A DNA stretch of 64,000 nucleotides from Bacteroidales bacterium. Its GTDB lineage: Bacteria; Bacteroidota; Bacteroidia; Bacteroidales; JAUNSR01. The notes below the pieces were generated by a model, which was not told where the DNA came from, searched no databases, and saw only the letters and a program-made list of their open reading frames with translations. Shown here piece by piece: positions 31,551 through 41,182 of the stretch. The stretch is taken from the NCBI GenBank assembly GCA_030539115.1, contig JAUNSR010000012.1, positions 4,309 through 68,308 on the forward strand, in the 5' to 3' direction. The position numbers and the translations under genes were made by a program. The first letter of the stretch is position 1, and every line of letters begins with the position of its first letter.

Positions 31551-34500
31551 TTAAAGAGTCACATTAACACCAAATGAGATAGTGCGATAGAAAGGATAAC
31601 CCCAGCTCAAACGTTCAGGATCATAACCTGACGGAAGACTTGTCCAAGTGCCAAGGTTTTCACCGGATACAAATGCTTTAAGAGCGCCAAGTTTAAATTT
31701 CTCAACGATTGTTTTAGGGAATGTATAGCTTAGTGTCACATTCTTCAATCGAAGATAAGATGCATCAAGAAGATATCCTGATTGAGTTCTTGTATTTGAA
31801 TTTGAGTTTTCTCTTTCATTGTAAATACGGAAGAACTTGGCATTTGGATTAATCGCTTCATAATATCCCGGTTGAGAAGGATCGGAAGTCTGGATTGGCT
31901 GCCAATAATCAAGCTGATCAGAGAAGATTGTCCCGAATCGTCCTTCATTGAATCCCCAGATACGGTCGCCGGAAGCCCAGTAATCACGTTTCCCTACACC
32001 ATTGAAAAGGAAAGAAAGATCAAATCCTTTATAATTTACACCTGCAGAGATACCATACTGATAGCGTGCCTGTGAGTTCCCGATGATAGTTCTGTCACCA
32101 AGGTTTTCAAGAGTCGAATTTCCTGCATCAATTTGGTTTTTGCTGTTTGCGTCGTCTCTTAAGTTTTTGAATTTTACATCTCCGGGACGAACATTCACCC
32201 CTTGAATAGAAGCAACGCCGTCTTTCAGAGTCCAAGTGTTTAGATCAGTAAAATCATCTACCGTATAATAGCCGTCACTTACATATCCCCAAATCTGACC
32301 GACTTTATAACCTGTATAATAGTTGTTGCTTCCGCTTGAATTTGTGATTACGCCAGAAGCATTGTTATATTTTGTAACCTCAGTTTGAGAATCGTAAAGA
32401 TTCAAGCCAATGTTATAACCAACTTTACCAATTTTATCTCTCCAGCTTAAAGAAAGCTCCCAACCTTTAGTTTTTAAGTCGGCAACATTTTGAAGAGGAG
32501 CCTCGGCACCTACGGAACCCGGAAGTTCCAATCCCGGAGCAAGCATATCTTTTGTGTCACGTATATACCAGTCGAAAGTTGTACGTAGTCTGTTGTTAAA
32601 CATCGAAGCATCAAAACCAAAGTCAAGAGTCTCTACAGTTTCCCAAGTGAAGTTATCACTAACAAGTCCCGGTTTAGTCAGCGTTGTTGGTTGCTGACCG
32701 TTAATAATCCAATCGGCAAGAACAGCATCCATTTCAGGCATGTATTGATAAGGATCGATAGCCTGATTACCAACCTGACCCCAAGAAGCACGAAGCTTAA
32801 ATTCTCCAAGCCAGTTTTGGGTAGGTTTCATAAAGCTTTCCTGAGCAACATTCCATCCCAAAGATAGAGAGGGGAAGAAGCCGAAACGGTTTTTTGTCGG
32901 GAACTTAGACGAACCGTCATAACGGCCGTTAGTTTCTACAAGATATCTTCCTTTGTAATCATAGTTCAAACGATAGAAAGCGCCCCTTACAGCATATTGA
33001 GTGTAGGTGTCTTTAGCTGTCGTTTCGCCGGTACCACCACTAATAGAAGGCTTATCTTCATTGATCATGTTAAGCTGTTTCACATAAAGCTGCTCTTTAT
33101 CGCTCGATTCCTGATTGAAACCTGCCATAACTTTAAAGTTGTGATCATCCTTAACATTAAATCCATAGCTGCCATACAAGTTTATGGCATTGTAATCGGT
33201 AGTGTATTTAGTGTTTTCATAAATAGAGTTTGTCGCAGATAGTTTCTTCGAAAGCTCTATTGTTGTATAAGCATATGGTGCATTATATCTTTTGTTGTCA
33301 TAAACTTTCTTGTCGAAAGTATATTCAAAAGCAACATCAAAACCCTTCATAGGTTTGATTGTTGTCTTTGACAAAATTCTCGGATTATCGATTATAGTAT
33401 TATTAGTACCCGAATTGATAAGAATGTTACGTGGAGTATTTGTCGTTAGTGATGACCCGTCTGCCAATGTCAATTCTCCCTCAGGGTACAATGAAATTTG
33501 ATTCATTTTATAAAGAGTTCCCTGTGTGTCATAAGGCAGATTGTTATGTGAACGTGAAAATCTTACATCAATAGACTGGTTCAACCATGGAGTAAGGTCT
33601 GCCGATACATAAGAACTTGCAGAAAGACGTTTGTAACTGTCTTTGTCGGTATAAAGAATACCCTTTTGATCGTTATATCCCAAAGAAAAACGATAAGAAA
33701 CTTTTTCTGTTCCTCCTGCTGCCGAGATATTGTGACTTTGCATAAAGCCATAATCTTCAAGCATGTTGTTGTAAAGGTTTTTCTCATTCAAATAATAGTT
33801 TACGCCATCCTCATCGGTATAAACGCCATCGCCGTAAGTCTTAAATTGAGTAGGATCTTTTTTGTATAGAGTCAGATACTCCATCCACTTGTTTATATCC
33901 TGCCCTGTCCAATACTTACCTGAATTAAACTGTGCGTCAGCATAAGCCTTAAGATACTGAGTGGCTGTTGCCTGCTCTGTACGGTTAATACTGCTTTGGA
34001 ATCCGAAATTGTTGTTGTAGTTGATCTGAATGTTTTCTCCTTTTTTACCCTTTTTGGTAGTAACCAAGATCACACCAAAAGCACCGCGTGCTCCATAAAT
34101 AGCGGCAGAGGCTGCATCTTTAAGGATTGATACACTTTCAATATCTTCAGGGTTAAGCATGTCAATATCTCCCGGTACATTGTCAATCAATACAAGAGGT
34201 GAGCCTCCGTTGATTGATGTAGTTCCACGAATATTAAAGCTTTTGCTTTGGCCCGGTGATGAACCTCCGGAGATTTGCAGTCCCGGCATTGTGCCTTGAA
34301 GAGCACTCATGGCATTTGTTACTGGACGGTCGCCCAAAACATCGCTCATCTTTACCTGAGAAACAGCCCCGGTAAGATTTTCTTTCTTTTGAGAACCAAA
34401 ACCTACAACCACAAGTTCGTTAAGAACTTTTGTGTCCTCAACAAGAACAATCTTAAGGCTCTTTTGTCCTTTAAACTCTATGTCCTGCGGTGTCATCCCA

Positions 34501-34751
34501 ATGTAGGAGAAGGTAAGAATTGAGCCATCAGGCACATCGTTCAATGTAAAGTTACCATCATAATCGGTAACGGTACCTGTCGTTGTACCTTTGATAATCA
34601 CATTGGCGCCGATAATAGGAAAGTCTGTCTCATCCCAAACTGTCCCCGTAATGCTGAGACTTTGCGCCGAAACTCCGAGGCAAAAGCTCATCATTGCAAA
34701 CAAAAATAGTGCAGGTCTTAAGATCTGCTCACGGTTGATTGATCGCTTCAT
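31551..34751 (-). CDS. SusC/RagA family TonB-dependent outer-membrane transporter
   Basis: 1066 aa with a carboxypeptidase-regulatory-like domain (GTVWDETDFPIIGANVIIKGTTTGTVTDYDGNFTL), a plug (VVVGFGSQKKENLTGAVS) and a barrel ending ISFGVNVTL. Confidence 0.95.
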   Translation of the reverse strand: MKRSINREQILRPALFLFAMMSFCLGVSAQSLSITGTVWDETDFPIIGANVIIKGTTTGTVTDYDGNFTLNDVPDGSILTFSYIGMTPQDIEFKGQKSLKIVLVEDTKVLNELVVVGFGSQKKENLTGAVSQVKMSDVLGDRPVTNAMSALQGTMPGLQISGGSSPGQSKSFNIRGTTSINGGSPLVLIDNVPGDIDMLNPEDIESVSILKDAASAAIYGARGAFGVILVTTKKGKKGENIQINYNNNFGFQSSINRTEQATATQYLKAYADAQFNSGKYWTGQDINKWMEYLTLYKKDPTQFKTYGDGVYTDEDGVNYYLNEKNLYNNMLEDYGFMQSHNISAAGGTEKVSYRFSLGYNDQKGILYTDKDSYKRLSASSYVSADLTPWLNQSIDVRFSRSHNNLPYDTQGTLYKMNQISLYPEGELTLADGSSLTTNTPRNILINSGTNNTIIDNPRILSKTTIKPMKGFDVAFEYTFDKKVYDNKRYNAPYAYTTIELSKKLSATNSIYENTKYTTDYNAINLYGSYGFNVKDDHNFKVMAGFNQESSDKEQLYVKQLNMINEDKPSISGGTGETTAKDTYTQYAVRGAFYRLNYDYKGRYLVETNGRYDGSSKFPTKNRFGFFPSLSLGWNVAQESFMKPTQNWLGEFKLRASWGQVGNQAIDPYQYMPEMDAVLADWIINGQQPTTLTKPGLVSDNFTWETVETLDFGFDASMFNNRLRTTFDWYIRDTKDMLAPGLELPGSVGAEAPLQNVADLKTKGWELSLSWRDKIGKVGYNIGLNLYDSQTEVTKYNNASGVITNSSGSNNYYTGYKVGQIWGYVSDGYYTVDDFTDLNTWTLKDGVASIQGVNVRPGDVKFKNLRDDANSKNQIDAGNSTLENLGDRTIIGNSQARYQYGISAGVNYKGFDLSFLFNGVGKRDYWASGDRIWGFNEGRFGTIFSDQLDYWQPIQTSDPSQPGYYEAINPNAKFFRIYNERENSNSNTRTQSGYLLDASYLRLKNVTLSYTFPKTIVEKFKLGALKAFVSGENLGTWTSLPSGYDPERLSWGYPFYRTISFGVNVTL

Positions 34752-35187
34752 TTATCAAGTTATTAAATTAATTAAACATAATGGAGATGCACTTTTTCAG
34801 ACAAGATGGTCCGCTGATGATTGAATGATTTAATATAGGTCATTAACCGGCGTAACTTTTTAATTTGCGCATAATAGAGATAACTTTGGTTTAGGTCTTT
34901 TTCTCTTTAAGCTAAAATCTTTGACTTTTGTTGCTTACTCCTGATGGTTTAACGAAAATGGAAAAATGATATTAATTAATAGATTTGTATTATGGCAAAG
35001 ATGATGAAATATTTTAATCTAATATACTATCTGATAGTTATATTATGATTTAAATTGTGTTAATTAGGCTTGATAATTAAATTAATATACAAAAATTGGT
35101 TTTAATAATAAAATAAATTATTTCTTTAAGTAACAATTATAAAAAATTAACCCGGGTGATATTAAAGCTTTTGCTTTGTTGAGGAAT

Positions 35188-35237
35188 AAAAAAATCCCGC
35201 TTTATTTCTTATGTACAATCATTAGAAATAAAACGGG
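35188..35237 (-). terminator. Intrinsic terminator downstream of hflX
   Basis: On the minus strand, CCCGTTTTATTTCT-loop-AGAAATAAAGCGGG forms a 14-bp stem with one G-U pair, followed by ATTTTTTT. Confidence 0.8.
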
Positions 35238-35309
35238 AGAGTATAACTTTGAGTTATTAGGTATTTTTCGATTAATGCAAATGTCTCGAATAGTTATATA
35301 AAATTTTAT

Positions 35310-36545
35310 CTAAACATCTTGTTCTTCAGCCGACTCTTCATCATATTTTTGAAATAGGAAGTCATTGTAAGGAAAACGTTGGATATGTATTTCTTTAACC
35401 ATCTCATAAAGTTTATCCTTAAGGGCATCAATATTTTCTTTATTCTTTGCAGAAATAAAAATGCAATTGTCATTCAACTTTGACATATAGGTCTGTTTAA
35501 GCTCATCAAGAGATATATTCTCTTTTTTTATCGGGCTTAAATCGTCTTCATCTTTTGGAACATGCCTATAGGCATCGATTTTGTTGAAAACAAGAAGCAC
35601 CGGCTTATGTTCGGCACCGCAAACTTCATTCAATGTTTTGTTTACAACTTCTATTTGGTCCTCAAATGTAGGATGTGATATATCTACAATATGAACCAAA
35701 AGATCTGCCTCTCTTACTTCGTCGAGTGTTGACTTGAAAGACTCTACAAGATGAGTTGGCAATTTGCGAATAAAACCTACAGTATCAGCCATAAGAAAAG
35801 GCAGGTTATCCACGATAACCTTTCTTACTGTTGTGTCAAGAGTAGCAAAAAGTTTGTTTTCAGCAAAAACCTCCGACTTGCTTAAAAGGTTCATAAGCGT
35901 AGATTTTCCAACATTTGTATAACCAACCAAAGCAACCCTTACCATCTTGCCTCGATTTTTTCGTTGAACAGACTTTTGCTTGTCGATATCTTTCAGCTGA
36001 TTTTTTAATCTGCTGATTTTGTCAAGAATTATACGGCGGTCGGTCTCAATCTGAGTCTCTCCCGGACCACGCATACCGATACCTCCCTTTTGTCGTTCAA
36101 GGTGAGTCCATAAGCGTGTAAGTCGTGGCAATAAATATTGATATTGGGCAAGTTCCACCTGAGTCTTTGCAGTGGCTGTTTGGGCTCTTGCGGCAAAAAT
36201 ATCAAGAATAAGAGTTGTTCTGTCAAGAACTTTTATCTGAAGTTCATTTTCAATATTCTTAAGCTGTTTTGGCGAAAGGTCATCGTCAAAAATTGCAAGC
36301 TCAATCTCATTCTCATCAATATATTGTTTTATTTCTGCAAGTTTGCCAACTCCGACAAATGTTACGGAATTTGGTTGATCTATTTTTTGAAGAAACTTCT
36401 TTACAGGCTCAGCCCCTGCAGTCTCTGCAAGAAAGGCCAATTCATCAAGATATTCATTGGCTTTAACCTCATTTTGGGAAGCTGTTATAAGCCCAACCAA
36501 TATCGTCTTTTCATTTTCTTGTCTTGATAAGATAATATCTTTCAT
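35310..36545 (-). CDS. hflX: GTPase HflX
   Basis: 411 aa with the HflX N-terminal domain and a G-domain carrying G1 GYTNVGKST, G3 DTVGF and G4 NKID. Confidence 0.93.
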   Translation of the reverse strand: MKDIILSRQENEKTILVGLITASQNEVKANEYLDELAFLAETAGAEPVKKFLQKIDQPNSVTFVGVGKLAEIKQYIDENEIELAIFDDDLSPKQLKNIENELQIKVLDRTTLILDIFAARAQTATAKTQVELAQYQYLLPRLTRLWTHLERQKGGIGMRGPGETQIETDRRIILDKISRLKNQLKDIDKQKSVQRKNRGKMVRVALVGYTNVGKSTLMNLLSKSEVFAENKLFATLDTTVRKVIVDNLPFLMADTVGFIRKLPTHLVESFKSTLDEVREADLLVHIVDISHPTFEDQIEVVNKTLNEVCGAEHKPVLLVFNKIDAYRHVPKDEDDLSPIKKENISLDELKQTYMSKLNDNCIFISAKNKENIDALKDKLYEMVKEIHIQRFPYNDFLFQKYDEESAEEQDV

Positions 36546-36601
36546 ACAAAATTTCGTGTTGTTTACAAAGGATTACGTAATTGCACTCCTATAAATTTCT
36601 A

Positions 36602-36609
36602 CAAAGATA
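36602..36609 (-). promoter_or_regulatory. -7 box TATCTTTG (candidate hflX promoter, proximal copy of four)
   Basis: The reverse complement of CAAAGATA is a perfect TAnnTTTG, 57 nt upstream of the hflX ATG. A TTG lies 21 nt further upstream. The same box recurs at 36686, 36770 and 36854 because it forms the edge of the repeat unit. Confidence 0.5.
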
Positions 36610-36861
36610 ATGCAAGCCGAGTTCAATAAACAATTGAAAGCGCCGGCTTTCAAATTGTTATTGACGAGGCGCCGCTTATCTTATTCAAAGATAATGCAAG
36701 CCGAGTTCAATAAACAATAGAAAGCATCGGCTTTCAAATTGTTATTGACGAGGCGCCGCTTATCTTATTCAAAGATAATGCAAGCCGAGTTCAATAAACA
36801 ATAGAAAGCATCGGCTTTCAAATTGTTATTGACGAGGCGCCGCTTATCTTATTCAAAGATA
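36602..36861. repeat. Non-coding tandem direct repeat, 84-bp unit x 3.1
   Basis: Units start at 36602, 36686 and 36770, with a partial fourth unit (CAAAGATA) at 36854-36861. Units 2 and 3 are identical. Unit 1 differs at 3 positions (unit offsets 34, 41 and 42). Stop codons occur in all six frames. Each unit contains the 42-nt near-palindrome TCAATAAACAAT(T/A)GAAAGC-nnnn-GCTTTCAAATTGTTATTGA. Confidence 0.95.
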
Positions 36862-37001
36862 TAGATAAAAAGTATATTTTCTTCAAAAACTATTTTATTA
36901 GAATATATTAAATCTTTGTTTGCGTATTTAATCTGCAGATAAGATTGTTAAGAACATAAAATATTCAGTATTCTTTTCCCGGCACAAAATAAAAAATCTA
37001 T

Positions 37002-38132
37002 TTAGCCCATTATTTTTTTCCCTATTCTGCCGCTGCCTTTAATTATGATTACCAACAAAAAGCTTACAATCACAGTAACTATAGTGGAAAGCAGCAACTT
37101 TATAAGTACGGGGATGCTCAACTGTGCAAACAATAGAAATATAGGTCCGACAAATAAATAATGACACATCCATATTCCAAAAACAGCCCCCGCAAATTTT
37201 ATTATTATATTATTGACAGATATATTATCGAATTTGATATTTTGAAGACCAAAGAATATTCCGAAAGTCATCAGGGCTACATTTGGACTGCAAAAAGTAA
37301 AGAATAATTCTACCAAAGCCTCTGATTGTCCCTCAACACCTGATAATTGTTTAAATCCAATGAAAGTAATAAAATACCCCACAATGAAACTAAAGAATGA
37401 GATGAGGTACCTTTTCATTTTTGTTATCCGGATAGTATTGTTCATCAAATAATAGCCCAAAAGCATATATCCGCTGAATCCCGCAAAATAATACAGCAAT
37501 CCAAACTCATTCCAAGAGCACACGCCCCATAGATCATTCATTAAATAGTTTCTCAAATATGGAATAAATAGAGATATAAACCATATTATCAGGAATATTT
37601 GCTGCTCCTTCTTTGTGGATTTCTCCACCCATGCAGAAAATATTGGAAGATATAAATACAATCCAATAAGCATGTAAACATACCACATTTGTATTGCATA
37701 GTATGAAAATCCAAATGGAATCATAAGGATGTTCTTTAAAGAGGGAATAAATTCCTGCGTTGGTTCAACCCATTTAAAAAACAGGTTTATGATATTTGGC
37801 TCCAAGTGCAGAAGTCCGGTTATCCATGGAAATAAATTGTACAATATTGACCAAAACAAAAAAGGAATAACCAATCTCGAGGTCTTCTTCTTGTAGAAAT
37901 CCAACATACCTATTTTTACAGGCAATAATAAGATTCCAGTTACCATTACAAAAAGTGGAATTGCCGGTCTGGTAAATGAGTTGTAAATACTTCCCCACAT
38001 ATTATACCAAGGCTCTGCCCTTTCAATAGGAGTGACATTGTCAACACAATGATTGGCAACTACCAAAAAAATTGCAAGAACTTTTAAAAAGTCAAGAAAA
38101 ATGTTTCTGTTAACTGAAATTTTTGTCTGCAT
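37002..38132 (-). CDS. Acyltransferase family 3 integral membrane protein
   Basis: It is polytopic, with about 10 hydrophobic helices, and has the N-terminal motif NIFLDFLKVLAIFLVVANH typical of Acyl_transf_3. The ORF track begins at a TTG at 38159, and the first ATG is at 38132. Confidence 0.8.
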   Translation of the reverse strand: MQTKISVNRNIFLDFLKVLAIFLVVANHCVDNVTPIERAEPWYNMWGSIYNSFTRPAIPLFVMVTGILLLPVKIGMLDFYKKKTSRLVIPFLFWSILYNLFPWITGLLHLEPNIINLFFKWVEPTQEFIPSLKNILMIPFGFSYYAIQMWYVYMLIGLYLYLPIFSAWVEKSTKKEQQIFLIIWFISLFIPYLRNYLMNDLWGVCSWNEFGLLYYFAGFSGYMLLGYYLMNNTIRITKMKRYLISFFSFIVGYFITFIGFKQLSGVEGQSEALVELFFTFCSPNVALMTFGIFFGLQNIKFDNISVNNIIIKFAGAVFGIWMCHYLFVGPIFLLFAQLSIPVLIKLLLSTIVTVIVSFLLVIIIKGSGRIGKKIMG

Positions 38133-38290
38133 TGTAAAATGTGATTGTGTGTTTGCCAAGTCTAAAAATCAATTAAAGCATAATGTGTAAATACAATTAT
38201 TAAATATAACTGTATTTGCCGTTTGGGGCTTTAACCCTCGATATAGGCTTGATGGCTTAAGAAAATAAATATCTTTTTAAAAAAATCAAT

Positions 38291-40297
38291 TTAATTACTT
38301 CCTGTATCGATCTTCAGATTTCTCATTTCACCCTTAAATCCATTTTCTTTATCTCCAATTTGTTGAAGCGGGAAAACAAAAGTCTGAACAATGTTCATAT
38401 AATCAAACCTCTTGTGTTTGTTTAAAGATGAGCGCATACGCTTGTCCTCAAGCTTTTCATAAAGTTTTCCGTCAACATATAAGTTTGTTCCTCTTGATGT
38501 TCCCTCGATGCGGATATTAACCCATTTGTCCGGTTTTGGAGAATAAGCAAACTTTATATAATAGTTGTCCCTTTCAAAACCAAGACATCCTGAGTCGTCA
38601 CAGTTTAAAAGCAGCCTGCTGTCATCGCTCTTGAAAATAACAGTGTTTGCACGATTGTCCTTCTCCGGTTTTATGTCGAATGAAACATTATATCCATAAC
38701 CTAACTCCTTAATATTGGTGGCAATACTTTTTTGTCCGTCAAAATGTTCACTCTCCTTAAAACTTGGAATATTTTTTAAATCTTCATCATTGTTGCTGAC
38801 AATAGCCAAGCGGTTAACACCGACAGCCTCAGGCAGCTTTAAAGAGAGATTTTTATAGCTTTCATAATCGTAGTCCTGATTTTTGCCTCTCCAAAGCTTT
38901 TGGGCAAGCACCTTTACAGCGGGCAGAGTTCTTAAATGCACATCGTGTTGAGAAATGCCATTCATACAATGGTCATTCCAAACAGCAAACATCCCACCTA
39001 AAAGCCCCGGGGTATTGTCAGGAAGTGTTTCCTTTGAGTTAATCATTTCAGGCCTCCAGTTTTCAAGCAGCCATTTGTCATCCAAGTAATCACGGTAATA
39101 TCCTGCTGCCGGCACAATATACAGCCAAGTGTCACAGGTTGAAATAAGCTTATAGCCATCATCAAGTGATTTGAATGGATCAACCCAGTCATACGACCAT
39201 GCATTGACAACAACATTATCAGCCTTTACCTTAGTTTCACCCTTAAGCCATCTAAGTCCTCCCCACATCCTTGGATTTTTGCCAAGAGTCTCAACATATT
39301 TAAGATATCGGTCTGTAAATTCACGATATTTCTCAGATTCCTTAGCGTCATATTCATCTGTTCCAATATGCACATCAGGTCCGATAAAAACAGGGTCCTC
39401 GCCTGTAATATATTCCCTTAAAAGAGCGTCGCAAAAGTAATATGTCTCAGGATTGTATAGGTCAAGATGGTCTTTCCCATATTTGTCGGAACCTATTTCC
39501 GGCTTGTAATGTGTGAAGGCAAGAGAATGAGCCGGAATGTCAATCTCCGGAATAACGTTTACTCCATACATCTGTCCCATCTTTTGCAGTTCCCTAAACT
39601 CATCCTTTGTGTAATGTCCGTCTTTAGCGGCAAGACCGGGGAATGTCTCGCTCTCAAGCCTGAAAGCCGCATAGGTTTTATCCCAGTCGTTGTCAAAAAA
39701 TTGAGGAAAGCCATTGTCGTTGAGATGAATCTGAAATTCATTCATCTTGTAATAGGAGAGTATCTTTATATAGTCTTTTAGATAATCAATTGTAAAAAAT
39801 TTCCTTCCTGCATCAATCATAAATCCACGGCTCTGATATTCAGGGAAGTCATATATTTCTCCACAAGGAATTTTATTGTTTCCAACAAAAAGCATCTGCA
39901 TCAATGTTCTTGTTCCCCAGAAAACACCTTTTTTGGTTTTTCCTGTAATAACAATCTTTTTGTTTTGGATATTTATTGTGTATGCCTCGTCGTTTTCAAA
40001 TTTTGCCGAAGGCTTAAGATTTAATTCAATGGTAAATTGTTTGCCTGCTGAATCTAAATTTTTTATGGTTTTTAAATCACTCTCAAGAATTCTCGAAGTG
40101 GCATCGAGTTCTTTTCTGTTGTTGATTTTAATTTTGTAGTTGCCTGAAAAATAAAGAGTGTCGGTCAAACCATCCCATTTTTGAATTGCCGGAATAATAG
40201 TTGGAGCTTTATTCACAATACTCTCTTGTTTTTCATTTACTGCAAATATGGCTGATGCCATGGAAAGCGAAACTGCTAATAGTGCGATTTTTTTCAT
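38291..40297 (-). CDS. Beta-N-acetylhexosaminidase (GH20) with C-terminal LamG/concanavalin-like domain
   Basis: Signal peptide, then the GH20 core RGFMIDAGRKFFTIDYLKDYIKILSYYKMNEFQIHLNDNG, IPEIDIPAHS and HIGTDEY (catalytic D-E pair). The last roughly 170 aa follow the Laminin_G_3 pattern (FDG..., VSFDIKP, KWVNIRIEGT..LYVDGKL). Confidence 0.9.
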   Translation of the reverse strand: MKKIALLAVSLSMASAIFAVNEKQESIVNKAPTIIPAIQKWDGLTDTLYFSGNYKIKINNRKELDATSRILESDLKTIKNLDSAGKQFTIELNLKPSAKFENDEAYTINIQNKKIVITGKTKKGVFWGTRTLMQMLFVGNNKIPCGEIYDFPEYQSRGFMIDAGRKFFTIDYLKDYIKILSYYKMNEFQIHLNDNGFPQFFDNDWDKTYAAFRLESETFPGLAAKDGHYTKDEFRELQKMGQMYGVNVIPEIDIPAHSLAFTHYKPEIGSDKYGKDHLDLYNPETYYFCDALLREYITGEDPVFIGPDVHIGTDEYDAKESEKYREFTDRYLKYVETLGKNPRMWGGLRWLKGETKVKADNVVVNAWSYDWVDPFKSLDDGYKLISTCDTWLYIVPAAGYYRDYLDDKWLLENWRPEMINSKETLPDNTPGLLGGMFAVWNDHCMNGISQHDVHLRTLPAVKVLAQKLWRGKNQDYDYESYKNLSLKLPEAVGVNRLAIVSNNDEDLKNIPSFKESEHFDGQKSIATNIKELGYGYNVSFDIKPEKDNRANTVIFKSDDSRLLLNCDDSGCLGFERDNYYIKFAYSPKPDKWVNIRIEGTSRGTNLYVDGKLYEKLEDKRMRSSLNKHKRFDYMNIVQTFVFPLQQIGDKENGFKGEMRNLKIDTGSN

Positions 40298-41182
40298 TGT
40301 AAGATTGTCGTTTTAATCTTTAAGGCATTATCCTCAATTGAAGCGCTTAGGCTAATAAATTTTTCATAAAGATAGCAGGCAAAACTTTATCTCCAAACAA
40401 TTATATATTATCATTCCGCTTTCTGATATAAATATCGATGAAATGTGAATGTTTTACAGCCTGAATATTTGTTTGTATTATAAATAAATTGTATATTTGA
40501 AGAGCATGTACAGACTTTTTTAATGGGAAATGCTTCCTCCGGAGGTGTCCATTTATTATTTATCCACATTGATATTTTAAGTGCTTATTTTTATTTTGTT
40601 AACACATAGTGTCAGCCTTTCTTGTGTAAATAGTATCAATGATTTTCTTATGTCAATTATCACAACTCATTTTTTGCTCTTCGATTTTACCAAAATACTC
40701 ATGTTTTTACTCAAAATGACTGATTAAAATTTAATTCTCTTAGTTCAAAATTTTTTTTTGCTCAATCAAAATTATAAAATGACTGATGAAAATCTTGAAA
40801 ACTAAAAATGAAATAATTTATATGGTGGTAAATGTCTGATAGCTAATGATGTAAAAGAATTTTCGGTTTTGTTTTTTAGATAAATGTCAAAATTTAGAAG
40901 ACTAATGTATTTCTGCTGTTTAAAATCCTGTTTTTATATTAACTGAAGTATATATGAGATGTGCATATTTAACATTTAAAATGTGTGGAATTTTACCCTG
41001 AATTTTTACAAAAGCAGAGCAAATCAGGCTATGAAATGACGGTCAGGAAAGATCTGTTTTTAAAAAATGGCAGAATAATGCATTCATTTGAACAAAATGT
41101 TATTACATTTAAAAATAAAAACATACAAAAGTCCGACAGATAAATATTTAAACGATTTATAACAAACAAAAAATAAAACATT

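Noticed and set aside
34881-34888. Plus-strand TAACTTTG -7-like box upstream of susC pointing toward hflX, considered as a possible antisense promoter
   Set aside because: There is no -33 element at the proper spacing, and several near-consensus boxes occur nearby in the same AT-rich spacer. This is insufficient evidence.
36602-36861. CRISPR array interpretation of the 84-bp repeats
   Set aside because: The whole 84-bp period is repeated, so there are no unique spacers. Units 2 and 3 are identical end to end. No cas genes are in the window. It is a tandem repeat, not a repeat-spacer array.
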